Below are positions 1 through 11,912 of a DNA stretch of 64,000 bases, piece after piece. A program made the position numbers and the translations under genes. The first letter of the stretch is position 1. Each line of letters starts with the position of its first letter. The stretch spans positions 8,751,821 through 8,815,820 of the forward strand of contig NC_068982.1 in assembly GCF_001194135.2 (NCBI RefSeq). The letters run 5' to 3'. Below the pieces are notes generated by a model that saw nothing but the letters and a program-made list of their open reading frames with translations, did not search any database and had not been told where the DNA came from. The DNA is from Octopus bimaculoides. Its lineage: Eukaryota.

Positions 1-45
<45 letters not shown>

Positions 46-46
<1 letters not shown>

Positions 47-180
47 GACGGGCTTCTTTCAGTTTCCGTCTGTGTATCAAATCTACTTACGTGGATTTGA
101 TACATATGTGTCCAACTGTATCACGGAGTGAAACTGGACCCTGAACCTTGTGGCTGTGAAGTAAGGTTCTTTCTTCGCAA
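46..180 (-). mobile_element. SINE family A, degenerate 5' half
   Basis: Reverse complement matches the GACGGAAACTGAAAGAAGCCCGTCGTATATAT segment of the full copies at 16470, 24111 and 49264. Confidence 0.75.
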
Positions 181-825
181 CTATTTCATCCGTTTGTGCA
201 TCAATCCTGTGCATGTACAGCTGTGTTCATGCACGTGTTCACGTGCTCACGTGATCACTTGAATACGTAAGCCTGCATGTTTTTTTCTCCCTGACATTAT
301 AACATTGGTACAGCAAATTTGCAATAACTTGTAAGTCACACCTGGAGAATAATATTTCAACAAGTACTATTCTTATTATTTGTATGTGTGCTTCTAAGCT
401 CGAAGACGTTCTGGCGCACACATGCGTATGCATATTTTTAATGTGCACGCGCGCGTAATACATGATTAATGATTCGTGTGCAAACAATTAAGAGTCATGG
501 GAAATGTGTGTGTTAGAGAAATGGAGATAAAGAGTCAAAGATAGTTTGTGTGTGTGTGGGTAGACATGATTTATAGTATCTGCGCTCGTGGTTTCTCACC
601 TCTTAGTGTAATTCAAAATTAAATTTCGCTTTCAATTCCCAACGTTATAGTCCACCAGGTTTGTGCTCTCGTCTGCTATATTTGCAAATAGCTATATCTT
701 CACAAATATATATCTCATGTTAAACTCTGCTGACAGGGTATTCTTGCTTATTATTACTGCAATATGATATATATCAGTGGTATGAGATTATTCATATCTA
801 CTTCATAAGATAGCTGAACATATAA

Positions 826-865
826 ATAAATAATGATAATAGTAATAATAATAAAAACAACAACG

Positions 866-917
<52 letters not shown>
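826..917 (+). repeat. (AAT)n microsatellite
   Basis: Direct; explains the poly-Ile and poly-Leu ORFs at 798-1228. Confidence 0.95.
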
Positions 918-919
<2 letters not shown>

Positions 920-1172
920 GCGGTAGACAAGGTGTACCAAATATGCTATGTAGTTGGCCTTGCATGTCCTTTTGACCCACGAATAGTCAAGAAGAAAGGT
1001 GAGAATTTAGATAAATACAAACCTCTGAAGTACGAAATAGTCCGGCTATCCAAAATGAAGAAGGGGAAGACAGTGCCAATTATTGATGGGTTCTTGGGGA
1101 CAGTATCAGAAGGCATCAAGGGGATTGTAAAGGAAATTGGAATAGAGTGCCCAGCAGAAATGTTACAAAAGG
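918..1172 (+). mobile_element. R4/Dong-type non-LTR retrotransposon fragment (restriction-like endonuclease C-terminus)
   Basis: Translation AVDKVYQICYVVGLACPFDPRIVKKKGENLDKYKPLKYEIVRL...VPIIDGFLGTVSEG...MLQK fits the RLE pattern (I-D-I-A-x-P...EK..KY..L...VP.ViGaLGTV). (AAT)n lies on both sides. Confidence 0.8.
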
Positions 1173-1204
1173 TAATAATTATAATAATAATAATAATTTT
1201 TTCT

Positions 1205-1325
1205 AGTATAGGCACAAGGCCGGCCTAAAGCTTTGTGAGGATGAAGTAAATTGGTTACATCGACTCCAGTGCACAACTGGTACTTATTTCATTGAACCCA
1301 AAAAGATCAAATGCAAGGTTATCTG
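1205..1325 (-). mobile_element. SINE family B, 3' fragment
   Basis: GGCACAAGGCC...ATCGACTCCAGTGCACAACTGGTACTTATTT is the reverse complement of the family B tail. Confidence 0.7.
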
Positions 1326-1366
1326 CAGTCTTCGTCCATGCGATGTGTACACACATTATATATATA

Positions 1367-1852
1367 TTGGGTCATCCCATAAACAATGCGGTTTTTAAAA
1401 TTTCATGAACTAAAAGTAGGAGGGGGGACAGGATAAACTCCCTGCATCAACTTACTATGAAAGCAGGTAGTAATTTTATCTTGTACATATTCTTAGTATA
1501 AATTCTAAGAGTGCAGTTTAATTTTATCAGTTATTTTTTCAAAGCTATATTGCAAGTAACAAAGAAGCATAATCGGCATATTTTGTTCTATGAGTTCAAT
1601 AAAGGCAACAGCGCAATGGAAAGTGTGAGGAATATTAATGCAGTATATGGGGATCGGACAATAAGCGTAAGCCAGTGTCAACGGTAGTTCCAGAAATTCC
1701 GAGCCGGAAACTCAGTCTACAAGATGTGCCTCGTGCTGGAAGATCTGTAGAGCTCGACGAGGGCGTCCTGCAAACCCTGGTAGAACAAAATCCCATCGTA
1801 ACTGTTGAGGAACTAGCAGAGAAGCTTGGATTTGATCATCCAACTATTCATT
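1367..1852 (+). mobile_element. Mariner (Tc1/mariner) 5' fragment: left TIR plus disrupted transposase N-terminus
   Basis: TA|TTGGGTCATCCCATAA terminal repeat. From about 1550, HNRHILFYEFNKGNSAMESVRNINAVYGDRTISVSQCQR*FQKFRAGN, then a frameshift to SLQDVPRAGRSVELDEGVLQTLVEQNPIVTVEELAEKLGFDHPTIH, which is the two-HTH mariner domain. Confidence 0.9.
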
Positions 1853-1933
1853 CAAATCAGCAGTAAATGTACATATATGTTCAATGACCGTTCTGCTACG
1901 TTATCAAATATGTCCTTTCCTTTCTTAAGATGG

Positions 1934-1965
<32 letters not shown>

Positions 1966-2029
1966 AGTGTGTGGCCGTGATTTGAATGACATATAGCTAC
2001 TATTATAAACTAGTCCTCAGACCTCCTAT

Positions 2030-3250
2030 AAATAGAAGCATTGTGGAGTAAGATGTTTTCTGTTGTTGATCTCTGACCAAAAGTTCCAGTTCTTGTTCAT
2101 CCTTCCTTTGTGTATAGTTAGATCTACGTCAGCCAACCTCTTTCGGTAACGGCAGAATATGTGGGAGATAATATCAACAAGGTGAAGGGCAACATAGAGA
2201 CGTCTACATAGAAACTTCTGTATAATTAGATTATTGAGGGCTTGGTTAAAGTATTGCTGACCGACAGAGATCTCGGGAGCCATAGATGAGAAGTCGGTTT
2301 TAAGATAAGCAAAATATATGCGGTCTGATAATGTAGAACAAAGCGGAATAAAGGTGGAAATCAATAAAATTGAGTTGGAAAAAGTGTACAACAAATTTGG
2401 ACAGAGAATAAATATATACTGATACAGGAACCCTGAAATCTTGCACGAAATAAGGAGAACAGGGTGAAATACATCATAAGCTAAAAGTGCAACAGGACAT
2501 TAGATTATCGGCTGATCTCTTCGATAGCAACGTCCTACGAGTATTCCTTCACGGAAGTGCAACGTGGCTGCTACAAAGACGGAAGAACAGCAAACGTCTA
2601 CCAGCAGAAGGCCATAAAAATATCCGTGCTGGGAATATCCCTGTAGGAACATATCTGTTAATTTCCTAAATACTAATCCCATATTTGCATCAAATAACAC
2701 AGTGAAATCTATTTTGCATAATCGAAGGCAACCTTTACGTCTATCATACTGCGGTATGTACAAGAATAGTGTATACTTCCACCTTATATGAGATTCAACA
2801 TAGTACTTATGATCGATACTACGTATATCACTACACTGATGATTTGGGACGAGTCCTATTTTATCAACGTCTTGGATTGATATGCGCTTCATGTAGAAAA
2901 GTATATGCATTCCAGCATCCAAAACGCATTTTATATTATAACTAATATTTTGTAGCGTTCAGTCCGGTTTTTTATGTTCCCTGTTTCAAAAGTAGGCCGA
3001 GGGAAACGCTGTTGTCCTATGTCTAAGGGCCGGTATAATTAAGAACTGGTTCAGGATCATGGATTAATGTTGTTTGTGCTTTGGATAAGATGACTCTCAG
3101 TATTTCTTTTGGAGATTTGCATTCTGAATCCGCTTGCGATGAGAGTGACGCAAAGCGTTGTTAGCCCGGTTTTTGTTTTGGTCAACAGTGGTGGTGTGGG
3201 TGGGGTGACATGATGCATGGACAACTAGAAATACGTGATAAGTTGAACAA
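2030..3250 (-). mobile_element. RTE-clade LINE 5' fragment (degenerate AP endonuclease)
   Basis: Minus-strand pieces MRFGCWNAYT (APE start GxWN), SSVFVAATL (SVYAPT-like) and LHLVDIISHIFCRYRKRLADVDLT (HLIDYII...DV). Many stops and frameshifts; the 5' boundary is approximate. Confidence 0.6.
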
Positions 3251-3713
3251 CGATGACCTTTGAGGAAATGTTCTATTAAATCTTCTAGAAGTATAAACGA
3301 TGTGAAATTTAATATATATTATTGAATGTAGGTTGCTGGTGAAAATGATCTTATACTTAATTAATAAGTGGGAGTGTCTCAATGAAGAATAGTCTTAACA
3401 AGGACGCTTATGTCATCAACAGGTAAAGTGTAGCCTTGCGTGTCAGTCTGAGTTTTAGTTTCATATCATACCGTAAACTAGTCTCTTCGACGTTCATGAA
3501 TGCAATTGAGTTGGTTGAGCTGTCATAAGTAGCGGCAGCATATCACTTACCTTTTTGTTGTCAGTAAGGAAGTATAGACTGAACGATCCAAGTTGGAACA
3601 TTTTGAATTGTGGGTCTCTTCTGTCAAGGGTTAAGATAGGGCTGAATGAAAACAACGAAAACGAAATATATTTTAATGTATATGCATAAGATTAAGTGAA
3701 AAGTAGGTAATAA

Positions 3714-3878
3714 TACAGTTCTATATTTAAGAGATGAGGAATTATGTACGTTATTTACATTATTTACATATGTTGTTTGTTGTTAACACAACACTTCGGC
3801 TGATATAACCTCCAGCCTTCATCAGGTGCATTGGGGAAAATTTCGAACCTGGGTTCTCATTCCTAAGGTATTTTTCGA

Positions 3879-3917
<39 letters not shown>

Positions 3918-4028
3918 GATTATTATTATTATTATTATTATTCAGGTCCCTGCCTGGAATCTAACTCGGAATCTTGGGGTTAGTAACCCGCGCTCTTAAC
4001 CACTACGCCGTATGCCCACGGCCATATG
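3714..4028 (-). mobile_element. Chimeric SINE: tRNA-like head + (AAT)n + hammerhead-bearing tail
   Basis: Minus strand reads GGGCATACGGCGTAGTGGTTAAGAGCGCGGG (A box) ...CCGAGTTAGATTCC (B-box-like), then (AAT)n, then a tail homologous to 36986-37170. Confidence 0.85.
3785..3830 (-). ncRNA. Minimal type I hammerhead ribozyme-like fold (family 1, degenerate)
   Basis: CAC-CTGATGA-A-GGCTG-loop-CAGCC-GAAGT-GTT-GTGTT. The CUGAUGA box is intact; GAAAC is mutated to GAAGT. Confidence 0.7.
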
Positions 4029-4958
4029 AATAATATCGTACGTATATATGAAGTAAGGTTACAAATGCTTATATTGATTCAGAAATTTTTTGGTAGTTAT
4101 ATTATCTATTCGTAGGAGCAGGAATAGCAGTTAAGTATATTGGGATCTGACCTTAGATTGTAAAGAAACAAAAACATTTTGTACGGTTTTCTACTCACTT
4201 TGTCGATCAAACTGAGCTAAGAAAGAAACGAATAATTGCTCCATACTTAAGCACAAGGCTAGGAAGCTTCAGCTGAAGAAACTGTGGATAATATCAATCT
4301 CAAATAAATGCCTTGTAATTTGTATTATCAACGCGAAAGGACAAAAGACAGAGGTGAACTCGGAGTGATTTGAAATCAGAAAAAAATTGTTATAAATAAA
4401 TACAAACAAGACATTTTTTTTCGTACTCTTTCAAGACACCAACGACACAAATACTAATAAAAAAAATCATCAATAGTAATAATCATAATATGTTGAATAA
4501 TTCATCATCGGCGCAGAGGTGTCTCGTTAAAGATCGAGAAAACACGCATTCCCGCTTGTTGTGGATGTTTTATGGGCTGGAATACTATTAATAAAATCTG
4601 TCCAATAAAAAATTAATGTTAAAAAAGCCAGGAGCAGCACAGTACTCTATAGCTACATAGTATCGATTTTTTTTTCTCACTACTCAGAAAAGGATCAATA
4701 TTTCAAGTGCAAGACAGAGGTGGGACGATGTACTATGAAGTGTGTGAAATTCAGTGTAAATGAACTGAGATTTCTTCAAACTAGGATTGGAACTGCTCCG
4801 TATTGTAATAGGTGAAGTAAAACAACGAGGAACGTAATAATTATATGTGAGATATTACCTGTTCATATACAAACGCAGGCAAACATACACACACACACGC
4901 ACACACGCACACGCTCACACACACACACACACACACACATACACATATATGTATATAT

Positions 4959-4991
<33 letters not shown>

Positions 4992-5119
4992 NNNNNNNNN
5001 NNNNNNNNNNNNNNNNNNNNNNNNNNNNNNNNNNNNNNNNNNNNNNNNNACACACACACACACATACACATATATGTATATACAAATCTATATATTTTAT
5101 TTTAAATATTTTAAATACT

Positions 5120-5935
5120 TTAAAATGCTTCAACTGGAGCACCACCATTGACTCAGCTACACCATCATTTGGAAACTTCTCTAATATGTGGCATTTGGTC
5201 AATGAGAGAATTTGATGATGCTGCCTTCATCTGCGTTTCCTGCCGTGAGGTAGGCTCGTCTGGAACCCGTAACAGGAAGAGATCCAATTTCGTTTTAAAA
5301 ACACTTACATCCACACCATGCAGGACTCTCAGGCATTTTGGAAGGATTTTAAAGAGCTGTGGGTCCTTGAAGCCCAATCTGTTGCAGTATATGGTCCTTT
5401 ATTTTGATGGCGATGCTGGGATCCTTGGCACTATGTAATGACGCTCCTTTCTGCAGTTTGAATAACTTTCAATGCCAAAGTTTGGTGCAAGGCCTTCTAG
5501 GATTTTCCAGATGTATATTACTGCAAATCTCTCCCGCCTTCGTCCCAGGGAGACGAGTTTTAATTTTTTTCAGTTTTTCCCAGTAGCGGAAATGCTGCAT
5601 CGAGACGATTTTAGTGTAGCTTCGTTGGATTGCTTCGAGTTCCGCCGTGGATTTTTTATTGTATGGTGACCATAGTTGGGAGCAATAGTCTAAGAATGTA
5701 TGTCTGCCAAAGGATCATCAGTGTCTCCTTTTCTTTTGTTTTGAAAGTTCGGTGGATCCACCCAGCCATTACTCTGCATTTTATTACCAAATTGGTAATA
5801 TGCTCTTGGAAAGATGCATCATTGCTTATATGAATGCCCAGGTCACGCATTGATTTTGATGCAGGGATTTCAATTCCTCCTGGGCCAGTGTATCCTGTCT
5901 GCATGTCGTTTAGCTTTGTGTGTTGGCAGCGTCCA
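5120..5935 (-). mobile_element. CR1-group LINE 3' fragment
   Basis: MRDLGIHISNDASFQEHI...MAGWIHRTFKTKEKETLMILW and GFKDPQLFKILPKCLRVLHGVDVSVFKTKLDLFLLRVPDEP: RT thumb and C-terminus of the CR1/L2 group. Confidence 0.85.
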
Positions 5936-5939
5936 AGAG

Positions 5940-6580
5940 ACCAAAGTGTACATACGCCGCTATATTTTTATATATAAAAAAATACTTGCATTATATTATA
6001 GTGAATTCTGGGCATGTGTGGTGTGCGTTTGTTTATATGCTGAGGAAATTCATCAGAAGGGGCATATTTTCTTCTATACGTGGAGTTCATGTGTTTTATA
6101 TATTCAATTTTCACGTTCAGGGAAAGAAACTATCTTCGTTGGGTTAGCAATGCGTTTAGTGGCTCCTCTTTGAAATGTCTAAGTGTGATATTATTGTTAG
6201 TGTATGCAGGGAGAAAAGGTTGTATCCTTAATATTTTGGCTGTTAACTGTAGACTGTATGATATGTAGTTTTGCAATGATGCAGTGTTCAAATTCGATAT
6301 GCCGCTCTATTTGTTTACTGGCTAAACAATAGCTTTCGATTGAATCTGGCGCTTAGTTATTCTTCCTTCTTTCAATGTCCATATCATATTGGATAGGGAT
6401 GTTGCATGTCTTTTATTTTTGTCCGTGAATGACACCAGGTGTTATGTGTATCTATCATTGGAAGATTTGCTCGTCATTCCGATATACATCGTTGTTAATC
6501 CGTTGGGATCCATGATTTTGGCCCTGTAATATAAGTTATTTTTGCAGACAGTTGTTATTTAGAGAACAGGGATTTCGAGA
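5940..6580 (-). mobile_element. Penelope-like element fragment (GIY-YIG endonuclease to 3' end)
   Basis: MYIGMTSKSSNDRYT*HLVSFTD on the minus strand; nucleotide homology to 29270-29480. Confidence 0.75.
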
Positions 6581-6587
6581 TCTACAT

Positions 6588-6645
<58 letters not shown>

Positions 6646-7382
6646 CTTAATCGGAAAACATTTGCTCACGTTAACTTAATATAAAGAGATAAATGACGTA
6701 GCAAGAGGATTTAATTATTCCAGCAACTATTGTTTTATAAATGTCACTTATGATATCATTTTCTTTGATCTACAAACATACATACATACACATAACAACC
6801 ACATACACATAACAACCACATACACACCTACGAATACACCATAACATACGGACGCATACAGACATACGCGCGCACACACACATATTATTCATAAACAAGA
6901 CATATCTATATATGTGTGTATGTGTGTGCGTGTATGTAAGCGAATAAGTGTTTACGCCTGACTTGTGTTTGTGTGTGTGTATTTGTTCGTTTTAATTATG
7001 ATTTTATGTTACCCCAGAGATTATTCTGTCAGACTGGTTGAATCAGTGGTTCATCGGAGCATAAATTACAGCCAAGACACATACACACAGGCAAACACAC
7101 GCACGTGCACACCCACATACACACACAACCAACCACAAATGTATATATTTTATATGTATGTACTTGTTTATGTGGGTGTGTATTATATATATATATATAT
7201 ATATATACGTATACCTTAGTAGAGTTAGCGGTTGGAATAACCGTCTAAGAGATAAGAATATCCGTTTTACTACCGGTATAAATTACCAATGTGAACCCTG
7301 GGCATACATATGCAAGCATATTATGCTCATAGATTACAGGTAATGACTCCTGATAAACAAGAGTTTATCAGGAGTCAAATTT

Positions 7383-8554
7383 AAATTGAGCAGAAAATGG
7401 AGAAATCTTGATCAACAACAATTGACTACCGTCGATTATTATTATTTAATACAAAACTTTATTCCATCTAGCAGCCGTTTCTGTTTGCAATGTCCTACAG
7501 TGTTGCCAAATAAAATCTGAGAATAATATTTGTCATATTCTGTAACATATCCATCCTGGAGATTCATCGGAATGAAGGAAAATACATCAGATAAAAGAAA
7601 AGAAAAGAAGAGCCTCGAGAAGAGGAATGAAGGATTAATATATTTGAATCATACCATTTTTCAGTGTGATGCTCCAGACCGTTGAGTAAATGACTAAACT
7701 AGAAATATCAATTGGTGGGTTAATCGTTTTTAGGTGTAACAGGGTGTATAAATAATAAAAAAGTAAAATAAAAACTTTACCATAACGGGAAACGCCAATA
7801 GGTCTAGAAAAGAAAGAGGGAGTGATACTGCCATAACGTTCAGAAGTAATCATTATATTTAAGATTATGTTAATAGTACTAATTAGTATTTATCCACAGA
7901 AAATGCTCATCAATTAACTACATTTATTAACTTACTGACATATTGTAAACACCAACCACCTTTTGTCCGTAATGAGATCGACCAAAGTCCAGCTTTTAGT
8001 ATAATTGGTCAGTTAAACTTAAACACAAAGGGCAAGCTATTAAGACCGTTGTACGGGTAAATGTAAATAATAGAGTAAATAAAAAGGAAAACTGTGGAGA
8101 AGTAACACATGTTAGAAGTGGCCCAAGGCCGCTTTGGCGCATTCCGTTATAGTAAAGCTTTTAATTTTTATTACTCATACACCCTGTTACCCCTAAAGAA
8201 AGATTAACCCACCAAGTAATATTTCTAGCTTAGTCGTTTACTGAACGGCTTGAAGCATTACCCTGCAAAATGGTATGATGCAAATATATTTAGCCTTCAT
8301 TCCTCTTCCCGAATCTCTTCTTCTTTTCTTTTCTATTCTTTTATGTATTTTTCTTCACTCTGATGAATTTCCATGTTCCAGATCGGATGTGTTACAAAAT
8401 ATGACGAATATCATTCTCAGAATTTTCTTTGGCAACACTGTAGGACATTGGAAGCAGAAACGGCTGTTAGATGGGATAAACGTTTGTATTAAAAATAATG
8501 ATCGATGGTAGTCAGTTGATGCTGATCAAGATTTCTCCATTTTCTGCTTGATTT
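7383..8554. mobile_element. Fold-back element with about 420-bp inverted arms
   Basis: 7383-7800 is a diverged reverse complement of 8130-8554, e.g. GAGCAGAAAATGGAGAAATCTTGATCA vs TGATCAAGATTTCTCCATTTTCTGCTT. Spacer about 330 bp. Confidence 0.85.
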
Positions 8555-10040
8555 ATATATACATATATATTTATGTGCATGTATACATGTATATGTGTGG
8601 TGTACGTGTGCGCACTCGCGCTCGCACACACGTTCACACATATATAAACAAAGAAGTGACACCGGAAAAAACAAATGTTAAGTAATGATCTTCCTTATCT
8701 TGCAGATGTTGATGCCTATGAAATTTTTCACACGTTTCAATATAGACTTTCTCACTCGTAACGCCTTTATGTTCCGAAAATGTAATTTTCACAAATAAAA
8801 TGTTTTTCATATTCGAGGATCCGATGTAGCTATACGATGTTATTTGGATACTCATTTAAGCTCCTCCGCATCTTAGAACGCAAACAGCTGCAAGCTAATG
8901 AAGTTCATTACATAACCTTTGTTCTTTTTCCGTTGTCATCTTTTTCTTCTTATTACCACTCTATAACATTGTGTTCTGAAACATACGTGTACTAAGGTCT
9001 ACACTAGGTTACTGGTCTTGCTATCCATGAGCGAAACATTAAAATATATATCTGATTATTTAGGAAAAATGAAAGAGGATGTGCATGCCAGATGTTCTCT
9101 GACGTTTTCAAGACAGACGTTAATTTCAAAGACGTACAAAATCACCTGTAAATTATATAACCATATAATACCCATATGTATATATATATATATATATATN
9201 NNNNNNNNNNNNNNNNNNNNNNNNNNNNNNNNNNNNNNNNNNNNNNNNNNNNNNNNNNNNNNNNNNNNNNNNNNNNNNNNNNNNNNNNNNNNNNNNNNNN
9301 NNNNNNNNNNNNNNNNNNNNNNNNNNNNNNNNNNNNNNNNNNNNNNNNNNNNNNNNNNNNNNNNNNNNNNNNNNNNNNNNNNNNNNNNNNNNNNNNNNNN
9401 NNNNNNNNNNNNNNNNNNNNNNNNNNNNNNNNNNNNNNNNNNNNNNNNNNNNNNNNNNNNNNNNNNNNNNNNNNNNNNNNNNNNNNNNNNNNNNNNNNNN
9501 NNNNNNNNNNNNNNNNNNNNNNNNNNNNNNNNNNNNNNNNNNNNNNNNNNNNNNNNNNNNNNNNNNNNNNNNNNNNNNNNNNNNNNNNNNNNNNNNNNNN
9601 NNNNNNNNNNNNNNNNNNNNNNNNNNNNNNNNNNNNNNNNNNNNNNNNNNNNNNNNNNNNNNNNNNNNNNNNNNNNNNNNNNNNNNNNNNNNNNNNNNNN
9701 NNNNNNNNNNNNNNNNNNNNNNNNNNNNNNNNNNNNNNNNNNNNNNNNNNNNNNNNNNNNNNNNNNNNNNNNNNNNNNNNNNNNNNNNNNNNNNNNNNNN
9801 NNNNNNNNNNNNNNNNNNNNNNNNNNNNNNNNNNNNNNNNNNNNNNNNNNNNNNNNNNNNNNNNNNNNNNNNNNNNNNNNNNNNNNNNNNNNNNNNNNNN
9901 NNNNNNNNNNNNNNNNNNNNNNNNNNNNNNNNNNNNNNNNNNNNNNNNNNNNNNNNNNNNNNNNNNNNNNNNNNNNNNNNNNNNNNNNNNNNNNNNNNNN
10001 NNNNNNNNNNNNNNNNNNNNNNNNNNNNNNNNNNNNNNNN

Positions 10041-10104
<64 letters not shown>

Positions 10105-10332
10105 CGTGTGTGTGTTAAGTGCATAGGGATCGAAGCTGGAATCATGTAGCTGCAAAGCGAAACGAACTCTTGAAATCACAATGATAATTGCTCCAATGGT
10201 TTACATACCTCCTATATGAAATTAACGTGCGCCACATTCAGGAGAACCAGGCGAATTATTCGGAACGCGAACACATCCCTTAATGGGAGAGAGTATATCG
10301 CTATGAGTAATACACACACAGACACACACACC

Positions 10333-10364
<32 letters not shown>

Positions 10365-10482
10365 CACACACACATACGCACACACTCACGCACACATTCA
10401 CGCACATACATATATCTATATATATATGTATGAATATATACATGTATATACATACACATGTACACACACATATATGTATATG

Positions 10483-10532
<50 letters not shown>

Positions 10533-10710
10533 NNNNNNNNNNNNNNNNNNNNNNNNNNNNNNNNNNNNNNNNNNNNNNNNNNNNNNNNNNNNNNNNNNNN
10601 NNNNNNNNNNNNNNNNNNNNNNNNNNNNNNNNNNNNNNNNNNNNNNNNNNNNNNNNNNNNNNNNNNNNNNNNNNNNNNNNNNNNNNNNNNNNNNNNNNNN
10701 NNNNNNNNNN

Positions 10711-10745
<35 letters not shown>

Positions 10746-10769
10746 GTATGGCGCGTGTGTATGCTTGTG

Positions 10770-10905
10770 TGTCTGTTTTTGTCCCCCCAATATCGCTTGG
10801 CAAGCGATGCTGGTGTGTTTAGGTCCCCGATAGAATAAGTACTAGGCTTACAAAGAATAAGTGCAGAATGGCCACAGTCAAATGACTGAAACAAGTAAAA
10901 GAGTA
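10770..10905 (+). mobile_element. SINE family A, 3' fragment
   Basis: TGTCCCCCCAATATCGCTTG...GAATAAGTACTAGGCTTACAAAGAATAAG...CAGTCAAATGACTGAAACAAGTAAAAGAG. Confidence 0.85.
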
Positions 10906-10924
10906 TATTATTGTTGTTGTTATA

Positions 10925-11125
10925 GGTGTGGCGAGATGGCCGTATGTTTAACGCGCCGGAAAAAATGGTTAGTGGCCTTTCTTCCGACGTTACGCTTCTG
11001 ACTCCAAATGCTGTCTTGGTCGACTTTATCTTTCAACCGTTTGGGGCCTATAAATGCGTAGCAGTTGAGTATTGGGTTTGGAGTAACCGACTTTTACTCT
11101 ACCTCACAATTGCTGGTTTTCTGTA
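10925..11125 (+). mobile_element. SINE family B, old degenerate copy
   Basis: GGCGAGATGGC...CTGACTCCAAAT...GGTCGACTTTATCTTTCAACC aligns to family B. Confidence 0.6.
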
Positions 11126-11688
11126 AAAAAAACTTGAAACCAATATATATTTTGTATAGCTTTATTTCATTCCCACCATTAAACTAATTATATAGATAAT
11201 TGTAGTTTTAGAATTCTATATGTATTTACACGTAATTTACAAAATCGTTTCTTAAGATTTCTTTGAAACTCGTGCAATATAATGGAGCGTTAATTTTACT
11301 TAGAATCTAACTGAATTATTTCAGTGTTGACCTACAATATAAAGCGTGCGGTCAAGATGTAAATTCTGTTTTGTTGTTAGTAGCTATTATTTGTTACTGT
11401 TAAAAGATACATCGGTGTATCACACGTCATATATTTCTATTTTTACGTTCTCCTTAAAAGAAAAACCGAGTCACAATATGTCACTAATTGACATATGTAT
11501 CGAGTTTTTCTCACGAAATGTTTGCTGCCAAACATTAAAACTATGCCAATGTACAGGAACCTAATTTCTTTTCCACCTTTAATTTATCAATTCTGGTTAT
11601 TCATTTCAAATTGGTTTATCGATTTATTGAAAGATGGGATACGTTCCTTTGGTTGAATAATAAACTATTCGTACATTGTGATATCTTA

Positions 11689-11912
11689 AAGGCGGTGAGC
11701 TGGCAGAATCGTTTACGCGTCGGGCGAAATTCTTAGCTGTATTTCGTCAGCCGTTACGTTCTGAGTTCAAATTCCGCTGAGGTCGACTTTGCCTTTCATC
11801 CTTTCGGGGTCGATAAATTAAGAACCAGTGGCGTATAGAGATCGATCTAATCAACTTGCCACCTCCCCACAAATTGCGGGCCTTGTGCCTAGAGAAGCAC
11901 GAATATTGCTTT
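11689..11912 (+). mobile_element. SINE family B (tRNA-derived, Nin/Deu-like central domain)
   Basis: AAGGCGGTGAGCTGGCAGAATCG head, CTGAGTTCAAATTCC B box, GGTCGACTTTGCCTTTCATCCTTTCGGGGTCGATAAATTAAG core. Confidence 0.9.

Noticed and set aside
798-980. Poly-Leu signal-peptide-like ORF
   Set aside because: It is the reverse frame of an (AAT)n microsatellite.
3940-4017. tRNA genes at SINE heads (also at 37810-37893 and 50598-50670)
   Set aside because: A/B boxes are present, but acceptor stems are incomplete and they run into repeat bodies, so they are SINE heads.
8706-8781. Possible exon after a TTCCTTATCTTGCAG acceptor
   Set aside because: Weak donor, no recognisable peptide and no supporting neighbouring exons.
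9018-10894. Long ORFs spanning N-gaps (also at 17872, 32072, 34836 and 39144)
   Set aside because: They are artefacts of N runs and dinucleotide microsatellites (YI/HT/VC repeats).
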